Below, piece by piece: positions 7,402 through 15,557 of a stretch of DNA of 46,305 nt (position 1 is the stretch's first letter; every line of letters begins with the position of its first letter). The notes below the pieces were generated by a model. That model was given only the letters and a program-made list of their open reading frames with translations. It did no database searches and was not told the DNA's origin. Position numbers and translations under genes: made by a program. This DNA is from Candidatus Magasanikiibacteriota bacterium. GTDB lineage: Bacteria > Patescibacteriota > Patescibacteriia > Magasanikbacterales > UBA922. The stretch is taken from positions 1 through 46,305 of the forward strand of contig JBDRSF010000022.1 in assembly GCA_043825135.1 (NCBI GenBank). Reading direction: 5' to 3'.

Positions 7402-8868
7402 TTATTTCCTCTCCAACACTACCAACCCCTCCACATGTGGTGTTCTTGGAAAGAAATTATAGAGTCTAGAAAAAGTAATTTTATACTTCTCACCTAGTAT
7501 TTTAACATCTCTAGCCTGAGTAGACAAATTACAAGACAAATAAATGATTTTTAGAGGTTCAACTTCTAACAATTTCTTAGTGACATCACCATGTAATCCT
7601 GCTCTTGGTGGGTCTAGAACAATTGTTTTGTCTTTTGTAATAATATCAGTCATTTTTTCTGCAGGAATACAATGGGCTTCACAATTATCAAGCTTATTTA
7701 ATTTAATATTTTCTTTTGCATATAATATTGCCTCTTCATTATTATCAACCAGTGTAACCTTAGTCTGGTTTTTTGCCAATGGTAAACCAATAGAGCCAAC
7801 ACCAGAATAAAAATCAATAATCTCTGTGTTCGGTTCTATATGTTTTGTAATATCAATAAGCGCCTTTGTGAAAATAGGAATATGAACTTGAAAAAAACTG
7901 AGTAATCCAAATTTTAATTTTGTACTATAGTCTCCCCCTCTATTCTCAAGAGAAGGGCTGCCTGTCCGCCTTGGGTGGAGGGGGTGAGTTATCAAATCAG
8001 CAATAAGGAAATCTTGTCCTTCACTATAGAGTAACTTTGTCGGCACGGACGCCGGACATTTATGAGTGGAATAATAAACCTGAAAACCCAGATTATTTTT
8101 ATTTAACTTTGGATAATCTTTAAACTCAATTTCATCTTTTATAAATAAAGCTGAGATTGAATTCCCTTTTCCATCACTACGAATAATTAAGGTTTTTAAA
8201 TTGCGTCGTTCTAAGCCCTGCTTATTTATCCAATCCAAAACTTCTTTGGCTGTCTGATTTATAATCGGATCAGCCAATTCTGATTTTTCAATTGGAAATT
8301 TATTTTTCTTTCCCCGCTCAAAAAATGCTAGACTAAATATCCCCTCTTGAGAGGGGCACACGCGAAGCGGTGGGGTGTGTTGTCCAATATCCGCGAACAC
8401 ACCCCGGCACTCCTCCGTCGTGTCCGCCCCTCTCCCTCCAGTTCGGCGGGCAGGTAAGAGGGGATTTTCAATCTCGGCAAAGCTATACTCCATCTTATTT
8501 CTATAACCATATTCTTCTTGAGGAAAAATAATTTCTGGATCAATATTTTCAAAGACTGAACCGCCAAGTTTTTTATATGTTTCAATTGAAATTTCTTTTT
8601 TCCACTTATTCTCTGTTTCGTACGACATTATTTGCCATGGGGAAGTAGAAAGAAAGTGTTTGTCTTTTGGCTCTACTCGCTCAGGAGATGCCTCTACAAT
8701 ATTAATTGCAATGGCTTCCAAATAATCTTTTTTCTTTTTTACAATTTCAATATCAACTATTTCCCCTGGTAGTGCATTCCAAACAAAAACGACTTTGTCA
8801 TCCACGTGAGCAAGCCCTTGTCCGCCAAAAATTAGCTTTTCTATTTTTATGTTTTCTATTTTTTTCAT
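7402..8868 (-). CDS. 23S rRNA (uracil-C5)-methyltransferase, RlmD/RumA-like (TRAM + SAM MTase)
   Basis: N-terminal TRAM-like segment (GGQGLAHVDDKVVFVWNALPGE). C-terminal MTase motifs DFYSGVGSIG, VLDPPRAG, IIYLSCN. Carries two in-frame GC-rich insertions (see findings). Confidence 0.85.
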   Translation of the reverse strand: MKKIENIKIEKLIFGGQGLAHVDDKVVFVWNALPGEIVDIEIVKKKKDYLEAIAINIVEASPERVEPKDKHFLSTSPWQIMSYETENKWKKEISIETYKKLGGSVFENIDPEIIFPQEEYGYRNKMEYSFAEIENPLLPARRTGGRGADTTEECRGVFADIGQHTPPLRVCPSQEGIFSLAFFERGKKNKFPIEKSELADPIINQTAKEVLDWINKQGLERRNLKTLIIRSDGKGNSISALFIKDEIEFKDYPKLNKNNLGFQVYYSTHKCPASVPTKLLYSEGQDFLIADLITHPLHPRRTGSPSLENRGGDYSTKLKFGLLSFFQVHIPIFTKALIDITKHIEPNTEIIDFYSGVGSIGLPLAKNQTKVTLVDNNEEAILYAKENIKLNKLDNCEAHCIPAEKMTDIITKDKTIVLDPPRAGLHGDVTKKLLEVEPLKIIYLSCNLSTQARDVKILGEKYKITFSRLYNFFPRTPHVEGLVVLERK

Positions 8869-8977
8869 ACATCTTAATTCACATGAAATAATTCGGATAA
8901 TGCGGATAATTCAGATTATGGATAATTTTCTAGATAAATATCTGTTTATCTGAATTATCCGTATTTATCCGAATTAT

Positions 8978-9784
8978 TTATTGAAATTTCAGATACTCAT
9001 TATAAAACCCCATCAAATCCCCCAACCCCTCACAAATCTCATCAAAAGCTTTGTCATCAACCTCTCTTATCGGCACAATCTTGCCACTTGTATTAGTAAG
9101 AAATGCCCCATCATAATCAAACAACTCATCTAATTTTATATCTTTCTCAACTACTTTATAACTATTTTTCTTCGCACAATCTATTACTGTCCTACGAGTC
9201 ACACCGTCCAAAACTTTTTCAACTGGGGTAGTATAAATTGTCTTATTTTTTATCGCAAAAAAATTGGACCTGGTCCCTTCTACAATATTATTATCTCTAT
9301 CTAATAGTAATACATCGTATGCGTCTTGTGCTTTTGCTTTCTTAAAAATTAAGTAACTTGGCAACATGTTTAGCGTTTTGGCTTGAGGTAAAAATCTCTC
9401 GTATTTATAAGTAATCACTTTTACGCCTTGTTTATAAAATTTCTTATCCAAAAACTTTGGCGCCAAACACATTATATATAAATCAGGATTTTCCCCACCA
9501 ATCAAAAGCATCTTAATATTACAGTCTTCCAGTTTATTTTTCTTTATCAACTTCTCTATCCACTCTTTTATCTGTTCAGAATTAAAATCATGTTTTAACT
9601 CAATTATTTTGGCGGAATTAAACAACCTCTCTACATGCTGGTCTATAAAAAATATTTTACCCTTTCTCACCCGCAAATTTTCATATACCCCAAAACCATA
9701 GGTAAATTCAATATTATCTATCGCGATCTTTGCCTTTTTTATTGGTAATAATTTACCGTTGTGGGAGAAGTGTTTTCCGAGCAT
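8978..9784 (-). CDS. Class IV aminotransferase (IlvE/Dat/PabC-like)
   Basis: 268 aa. Fold-type IV pattern including ...IVEGTRSNFF... and LDGVTRR. Confidence 0.8.
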   Translation of the reverse strand: MLGKHFSHNGKLLPIKKAKIAIDNIEFTYGFGVYENLRVRKGKIFFIDQHVERLFNSAKIIELKHDFNSEQIKEWIEKLIKKNKLEDCNIKMLLIGGENPDLYIMCLAPKFLDKKFYKQGVKVITYKYERFLPQAKTLNMLPSYLIFKKAKAQDAYDVLLLDRDNNIVEGTRSNFFAIKNKTIYTTPVEKVLDGVTRRTVIDCAKKNSYKVVEKDIKLDELFDYDGAFLTNTSGKIVPIREVDDKAFDEICEGLGDLMGFYNEYLKFQ

Positions 9785-9902
9785 AAAATTATAAATTAGA
9801 GTATCTACTGAGATATCTCAGTAGATATTATAATGGAGGGAAGGGTGGGACGATGTTGGAACGTGGATAAATAGTGTTTTTACTATTTTTGATAAAAACT
9901 AT

Positions 9903-11447
9903 CTAAAACAAATCAGATAAACTTTGCCAAAAACCTTTCTTTTTCTCTCTATGTTCAGGTGGTTGAATTTCAATATTTATAGTATTTGTTGCTTTTCTCG
10001 GTTTATTTTCATTTTTTTCTACACCAACCATCATAGAATATCCTGGGAATTTTTCTTCATCCCAATCATATTGAGTTTTCCATTTTCCATTTTTCCAAGT
10101 CCATGTATTAAAATTGCTATCAACAAAAGACCAAGAAGTGTCAATTTTAGGGTCAACCTTGTCAGGTATACTTTCAAATAATTTTAGTATTTTTTCAGAA
10201 TTAAAAATAGGACAGATACTTAATTGCTCAAATTGTCGATCAATTTCTTTTTTAATTTTTTCTTTATCAAAAAACCATTCGCCTTTTTGAGTATCAATAT
10301 ATCCATATTCACACCAAGAATTCTGTTCAAATTCATTAAAGTAAAAATTTTTACATCCAAATTTATTTAATTTCCCGTCCCATTCATTTGTACGGCAATA
10401 ATCTAAAGATTTACCACCTGTTATCTTTTCTTTATAACACCATAAACTATTCCGTAGTTTTGTTGAATGTATAGGTTTTCCGTCTAATTCTATTTTTTGA
10501 GTTTTCCAACCACTTGTATAATCAAGTATGATGTACAAATTCTCAATATCCTCAATATCAAAAAATGCGGAATAAATTATATCATTTTTTTCTTCAATTT
10601 TTTCAAATGTATTTTGCTTTTCAATAAAACTTATTGCTTCATCCCTTTTCTTTGAAGTAGATTTACCAAATGAGATTTTAATTCTCTCTTTTATTCTCTT
10701 GTCTTCTTTTTTGTCATTTTTATTAACTGAAAATATTTCTACATTGATACCGAGTTCATCTGATAAAAAAGAGTGCCATTCTGTTTGTTTTGTTGAAATT
10801 TTATCTTTTTCACTTTTAACCTCTGCAAAAAAATATTTATCTTTAGAATATACGAATAAGTCAGGCAGTCCAGATCTGTTATAACTAAAATTTTTGAATA
10901 ATCTTTCTATTATTTTTAATAGTCTATCCTTTTCTACCACATCAACCGCTATACATAATTGCTCTATTGAGAATTTATCCCAGTTTTCAATAGGTCGACA
11001 CCTTTTTTTAAAGTTAATTTTATGCGAATCAATCAATACCTGTCTTATATCAATATGTTCTAATTCTTTTAGCCTATTATGAAAAAGAGATTTTCTTTTT
11101 TCGTAAAATTCCTCTTTGAAAAAATCAAGTGGCATCCCATTAACTTCACAATTAAATTTATAGATAGTTTCAAATTTTTCATTATCTGTACCTATTTCAT
11201 AGGTTGAATTCCCGTCAGAATATATACAATATCCTTTTATTTTGGCGAATATAATATCCCAAAATAAAAGGGCATATATTTTCCACCAATAATCATTTTC
11301 CGACCAAATAGAAGAAAAACCTTCTTTTTCATAAACCTTTCGGGCAAATTCTTCAACAAAAAAATAGTCATTATCTAAAAGATATTTTATCTTTTTGCCT
11401 GTCGTGGCATTTTGCTTTTCGGCTTGTATGTTTTTTTGAGTAATCAT
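9903..11447 (-). CDS. FAN1-like VRR-NUC nuclease with unknown 270-aa C-terminal extension
   Basis: PD-(D/E)xK core GLPDLFVY...FFAEVKSEKDKISTKQTEWH and upstream LLFWDIIF, as I recall them from FAN1. The C-terminal half is Cys/Trp-rich and unrecognised. Confidence 0.7.
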   Translation of the reverse strand: MITQKNIQAEKQNATTGKKIKYLLDNDYFFVEEFARKVYEKEGFSSIWSENDYWWKIYALLFWDIIFAKIKGYCIYSDGNSTYEIGTDNEKFETIYKFNCEVNGMPLDFFKEEFYEKRKSLFHNRLKELEHIDIRQVLIDSHKINFKKRCRPIENWDKFSIEQLCIAVDVVEKDRLLKIIERLFKNFSYNRSGLPDLFVYSKDKYFFAEVKSEKDKISTKQTEWHSFLSDELGINVEIFSVNKNDKKEDKRIKERIKISFGKSTSKKRDEAISFIEKQNTFEKIEEKNDIIYSAFFDIEDIENLYIILDYTSGWKTQKIELDGKPIHSTKLRNSLWCYKEKITGGKSLDYCRTNEWDGKLNKFGCKNFYFNEFEQNSWCEYGYIDTQKGEWFFDKEKIKKEIDRQFEQLSICPIFNSEKILKLFESIPDKVDPKIDTSWSFVDSNFNTWTWKNGKWKTQYDWDEEKFPGYSMMVGVEKNENKPRKATNTINIEIQPPEHREKKKGFWQSLSDLF

Positions 11448-11477
11448 CTATATGTATTTACTCTTATATTTTATTTT

Positions 11478-12200
11478 TTAGTCATTAAGATGTTCAATAG
11501 CGTAATCTGCCTCTGATTGTGTAAATTGTTCACCATATTCAGAAATGAGTTGGTCGTGAATATTAGCTGGGGACATATCCATAGTATCTTGGTAGGTCTT
11601 TGCCTTAGCTAAAGCGTTTACATTCCAGTCGGCTTTCACATTGTCTATTGCATACTGTGTGGCGTCTACTGAAAACTTTTCGCCATATTCTGAAACTAAC
11701 TGATCATAAACACCCTTTTTGGACATATTCATAGTATTAGCGTATAGAGTGGCTTTGTTGAGAGCAGATTTATACTCGGCTGGCACACTTTCAGTTTTGT
11801 CCTTAATTTCCTGTTCAACTTGAACTGATGCAGGCGTTGGTGTAGGTTCTGGTGTTGCTTCAGGTGTTGTCTTTGTTTCTTTTTTTGCGGGTGTAGGAGT
11901 AGTATCGGTTTGGGTTTCTTCTACAACAACAGAATCAGAATTTTCATTTTTATTTTTTTCTACAACTTCTGTATTTTCTACTACGGGCTGTTGCACTGTT
12001 TGTTCGTTAGTTTTTTTAGGTGTTTCGGCTGTGACTCCAATTAAAATAAAGAAAGCCACTGTTGAAATACCAAAAATTTTTCCAACTCTTTTTTTGGTTA
12101 ATTCTCCTTTAATAAACTTACCAAAAATTGTTGGTTTGATAAGCCCAATTATCAAACAAATGAATGAGGCAAGAAATAATAATCCAAATAGATTTTGCAT
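11478..12200 (-). CDS. Membrane-anchored protein with two Ltp-like (host cell surface-exposed lipoprotein) repeats
   Basis: N-terminal TM helices, a Thr/Pro/Glu-rich linker, then two repeats: ...MSKKGVYDQLVSEYGEKFSVDATQYAIDNV and ...MSPANIHDQLISEYGEQFTQSEADYAIEHL. Confidence 0.6.
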   Translation of the reverse strand: MQNLFGLLFLASFICLIIGLIKPTIFGKFIKGELTKKRVGKIFGISTVAFFILIGVTAETPKKTNEQTVQQPVVENTEVVEKNKNENSDSVVVEETQTDTTPTPAKKETKTTPEATPEPTPTPASVQVEQEIKDKTESVPAEYKSALNKATLYANTMNMSKKGVYDQLVSEYGEKFSVDATQYAIDNVKADWNVNALAKAKTYQDTMDMSPANIHDQLISEYGEQFTQSEADYAIEHLND

Positions 12201-12497
12201 ATTTTTTGTATTTAAGTTAATTAATTAAATAATACCATTTTACCACTGTATTTTCAATAAAAAACACAAAAGGCTCCCCGTACAGTGGCGACCCCTTGCG
12301 AGATCCAATAACCTTTCGATTGTTGACTAAACGAATAATACCAAAGACGGAAGAACCATCTCTTTATTCGTTTAGTTTTTCAACCATGCCCAACAAAATA
12401 AATTGGTTTAGGTCTTGATTTGTTGGCTTTACCTTACCAAAATATCAGTAAAAAATCAAGGAAACATCAACAAAACCCACCCTGTGTATAAGTAATA

Positions 12498-12526
12498 TTG
12501 ACAAATTATATCCAATTGGGTATAAT
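12498..12526 (+). promoter_or_regulatory. Consensus promoter upstream of the XRE operon
   Basis: TTGACA (12498-12503), 17-nt spacer, TATAAT (12521-12526). Leaves a leader of about 225 nt before the ATG at 12756. Confidence 0.6.
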
Positions 12527-12755
12527 TTAGTTATCCAACACTCTTTTTATTAACCCTAGTCCCATCTAGCGTATAGAGATACTGTAATACGGATATTATA
12601 TTTTATCTACAACAGTAAAATCGTACTTTTAAATGCTTTTGAAAAACCGAGCCAATATGATACCCAAAGAATAAAAAAATGGGTAGAAAAAAATTATATG
12701 GTGACAGATATGTATGTAAAAAAATTCAAAATATCACCAAATAACTACGAAAATT

Positions 12756-13145
12756 ATGCATAAAAAACAATCTCCAATTGACCCCATTGCTGAAGCCAAA
12801 AAAGATAAAAACTTTTCTATATATTCAAAAGATGCTCGGGTTAAAGTAAGATTAGCAGTCAATGTATACGAAAAAAGAAAACAAAAAGGTTGGAGCCAAA
12901 TTGATTTGGCAAAAGAAATTCACACAACCCAAAAAGTGATATCAAATATAGAAAGTGGGGATGTTAATATTGGCATAGTTTTGCTTAAAAGATTGGTGGA
13001 TGGACTTAATTTTTCAAATGATGATTTGGAGAACATCTTTGAAAGCTGTCGTTTACTTTCGCTAAACAATAATACTGCCAACACGGAGGAAGTAGTTTAC
13101 ACAAATTTTAAAAAAGAATACACATATGAAACAAATCAATATTAA
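12756..13145 (+). CDS. XRE-family helix-turn-helix regulator
   Basis: HTH_3-like core KGWSQIDLAKEIHTTQKVISNIESGDVNIGIVLLKRL. Confidence 0.75.
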   Translation: MHKKQSPIDPIAEAKKDKNFSIYSKDARVKVRLAVNVYEKRKQKGWSQIDLAKEIHTTQKVISNIESGDVNIGIVLLKRLVDGLNFSNDDLENIFESCRLLSLNNNTANTEEVVYTNFKKEYTYETNQY

Positions 13146-13611
13146 ATCAATTTGGGCTGTTTTATGTCAAGAATCTTCTATTGACAACAACACTAATAAC
13201 ATTAGCCTATTCAAAATTTTAGAAGAAATCAAATTCGGGCTAAAAATTGAAGAGTTAGACAAATTAAAAAACAACCCCAAATTTGACCCCACCAAACCCA
13301 TAGTATTACCTTTTTCATCCCAGCTGGTAATTTTGTGGAAAAACTTAAGTAGCATTACTAATCTTGAATTTCCGGTTAAAATTACGTTAAAAGACCCAAA
13401 CGGAACTGAAATACAAGAAATACCAAATAATTTTGCTTTTCAAGAAGGTAAAGAGAGAATGAGAACTGTAATTTCTATTAACGGTATACCATTAACAAAA
13501 TCAGGGGAATACACCTATTCTATAATGACCAAACAAAATAAAAATGATAACTTTGAAGAAATTTCTTCAGTACCTATAAAAATCAACATAGATATGATGA
13601 GAGAAAATTAA
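13126..13611 (+). CDS. Hypothetical protein, 161 aa, translationally overlapping the XRE gene
   Basis: 20-nt overlap with the upstream gene and a strong terminator directly downstream. No family confidently recognised. Confidence 0.6.
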   Translation: MKQINIKSIWAVLCQESSIDNNTNNISLFKILEEIKFGLKIEELDKLKNNPKFDPTKPIVLPFSSQLVILWKNLSSITNLEFPVKITLKDPNGTEIQEIPNNFAFQEGKERMRTVISINGIPLTKSGEYTYSIMTKQNKNDNFEEISSVPIKINIDMMREN

Positions 13612-13633
13612 TTATCATTATTTAAAACCAAAA

Positions 13634-13665
13634 AAGAACATCAAATATATTGATGTTCTTTTTTA
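13634..13665 (+). terminator. Rho-independent terminator
   Basis: AAGAACATCAA (13634-13644), loop ATATA, TTGATGTTCTT (13650-13660), then a T run. Confidence 0.7.
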
Positions 13666-13667
13666 TG

Positions 13668-13754
13668 CGGAGGCGAGAGGATTTGAACCCCTGAGACCAA
13701 TTAAGATCTTCCGCGTTTCGAATGCGGTGCCTTCAACCACTCAGCCACGCCTCC
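13668..13754 (-). tRNA. tRNA-Ser (anticodon CGA), class II with long variable arm
   Basis: Manual fold: acceptor GGAGGCG/CGCCTCC, anticodon loop UUCGAAA, 5-bp variable stem, T-loop TTCAAAT. No encoded CCA. Confidence 0.85.
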
Positions 13755-13826
13755 ATCTGCCCTGGCCTAATGCCGGGATATAACCCCATTCTATCTCAAT
13801 ATGACTAAAAAATCAACATCATAGTC

Positions 13827-13917
13827 TTCTACCCGGCTTTAGCCGGGGTGAGGCGACTTTAGTCGCCGTAACCCCCGGAAGCTAAAGCTTCTTGACCTCG
13901 GCTAAAGCCGAGTAGAA
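13827..13917. repeat. 91-bp non-autonomous REP/MITE element (TTCTAC...GTAGAA, four CTTTAG/CTAAAG-loop hairpins)
   Basis: TTCTACCCGGCTTTAGCCGGGG...CTCGGCTAAAGCCGAGTAGAA. Same architecture as 25377-25467 and as the ends of the RAYT element at 22830-23453. Confidence 0.75.
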
Positions 13918-13970
13918 AACCTATATATAAAAAGACCTCCCTTTCGGGAGGACTCCACAATTTTCTATTT

Positions 13971-14555
13971 TTATTTTTTTTCCTCAACCTTCTCTTCCTT
14001 GTCCTCCGTAGCTTTCTCGTCCGCCATAGCTTCAGCGGAGGTGGAAGCGGAGGGGGATTCTTTCTTCTCTTCCTTCTCCTCTTCAGGTGTCCCAATCACT
14101 TCCGTATTCTCTGTGTTTTCAACATTATCTTCTAATTCAGATTCATCTGGCCTGCTCGGCGTAGCCCCTTCAGGGGCGAAGACGGGATTATCTACCTTTT
14201 CCTTTACCACTTCTTCAGTATCACCAATAATCTTCTTTTTAATTTCTTTTAGTTTCTTCTTGTAAGTACGCAGATAAAATGCTTTACTTTGTTTTACTGC
14301 CATCTCGCGGACTAATTCAATTTTTTCTACCATTGGTGAGTTGATTGGAAAAATCTTTTCCACCCCAACACCATTGGATACTTTGCGAACAGTAACAGTG
14401 GCGCCAGACTCATTGCCGTGCTTGACCGCAAGAACTGTTCCTTCAAAGATCTGGATACGTTCTTTTTCTTCACCTTTGGCATTAGTTTCTTTGATTTTCT
14501 GATGAACACGGACAATCATGCCGGACTTTAGGTTGCTTCTGATATTTTCTGACAT
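13971..14555 (-). CDS. rplS: 50S ribosomal protein L19 with about 75-aa acidic/Lys-rich C-terminal extension
   Basis: N-terminal 115 aa are typical L19 (VRVHQKIKE...ERIQIFEGTVLAVKH...TVRKVSNGVGVEKIFPINSP). The tail is low complexity. Confidence 0.9.
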   Translation of the reverse strand: MSENIRSNLKSGMIVRVHQKIKETNAKGEEKERIQIFEGTVLAVKHGNESGATVTVRKVSNGVGVEKIFPINSPMVEKIELVREMAVKQSKAFYLRTYKKKLKEIKKKIIGDTEEVVKEKVDNPVFAPEGATPSRPDESELEDNVENTENTEVIGTPEEEKEEKKESPSASTSAEAMADEKATEDKEEKVEEKK

Positions 14556-14730
14556 ATATTAGGTATTATTGAGAGGTTGATGAGGAATGTCCCTATCTTT
14601 CTGTCTATCAAAACAGATTAACCAACATCGGTTAAATCATAAATCTAAAATCAGAAATGATAAATGGACGACTATTTTAGATTTATAATTTTAGATTTAT
14701 AATTTGAAACGTAGCTACAGTGTACTATAT

Positions 14731-15312
14731 TTAGCTTTTTTTGTCAAGAGATAGGTGTGAGCGAATAATACCAGTCACTTTTTTTACTGTTTCATCAAAT
14801 TTACCCTGTACATTGACCACTTTATGGTCATAATCACCTGAATTTTCAACCTCTTTTTTAGCTATTTCTAGCCTCTCTTTTAGCTTTTCTTCGCTTACTC
14901 CACCCCTACCCCTAATCCTCTCAGCCAAATTATCAAAATCATCTGGAACCAAAAATATTGATAGATTCTCTATTTGTTTCTTATCTAAATTATGTTTACC
15001 ATTCACTTCAATTTGAGTGAAAACGATCTCATTGTCAGTGAGTGATTCATTTAGTCTTATTTTTTCAATACCATAAAAATTACTAGCATATTCATTGTAC
15101 TCCACAAATTTATCAGTTTGCAATCTTTTTTCAAACTCTTCTCGAGTAATAAAATAGTAATCTACCCCTTCTTTATTACCTGGACGAGGCGGACGAGAAG
15201 TAGTGGTCACCAGACGTGCAGAATTGGGGAAAATCTTAATCAACTCTCTAATCACAGAGTCCTTGCCTCCGCCGGAGGTGGATGATATTACGACGAGTAG
15301 ACCTTTTTTCAT
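14731..15312 (-). CDS. gmk: Guanylate kinase
   Basis: P-loop SSTSGGGKDS and TTTSRPPRPGNKEGVDYYFI... Confidence 0.9.
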   Translation of the reverse strand: MKKGLLVVISSTSGGGKDSVIRELIKIFPNSARLVTTTSRPPRPGNKEGVDYYFITREEFEKRLQTDKFVEYNEYASNFYGIEKIRLNESLTDNEIVFTQIEVNGKHNLDKKQIENLSIFLVPDDFDNLAERIRGRGGVSEEKLKERLEIAKKEVENSGDYDHKVVNVQGKFDETVKKVTGIIRSHLSLDKKS

Positions 15313-15344
15313 AACGTTTATTGATAAACAATATTTGATGAACC

Positions 15345-15540
15345 AGCTCTCCCCCTGATAGGGGGAGCCGATACGAAGTGACGGAGGGGGTCTGGAGAAG
15401 CTAGAAGAAAGATTTTAAAATAATAGAATCTACGAGGATCTTTATGAACTATCTCAGATACTACAACCACAATACAAACTCTACAACTCCGCCAGACCCC
15501 CTCACCGCTTCGCGTGTGCTCCCCCTGATAGGGGGAGAGC
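15345..15540. repeat. GC-rich TIR element (CCCCCTGATAGGGGGAG family)
   Basis: Left arm CTCTCCCCCTGATAGGGGGAGCCGATACGAAGTGACGGAGGGGGTCTGG. The right arm is its imperfect inverse, ...CCAGACCCCCTCACCGCTTCGCGTGTGCTCCCCCTGATAGGGGGAGAGC. Related copies lie at 30679-30817 and inside the CDS at 8339-8466. Confidence 0.65.
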
Positions 15541-15557
15541 CATCTAAAGTGACTTTC

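Noticed and set aside
12679-12744. 21-codon upstream ORF (MGRKKLYGDRYVCKKIQNITK) in the XRE leader
   Set aside because: No ribosome-binding site and no supporting evidence. It is too short to judge from sequence alone.
13859-14095. 78-aa ORF (Arg/Lys/Pro-rich)
   Set aside because: It is an antisense/alternative-frame shadow of the rplS tail that runs into the REP element, and it has no start signals.
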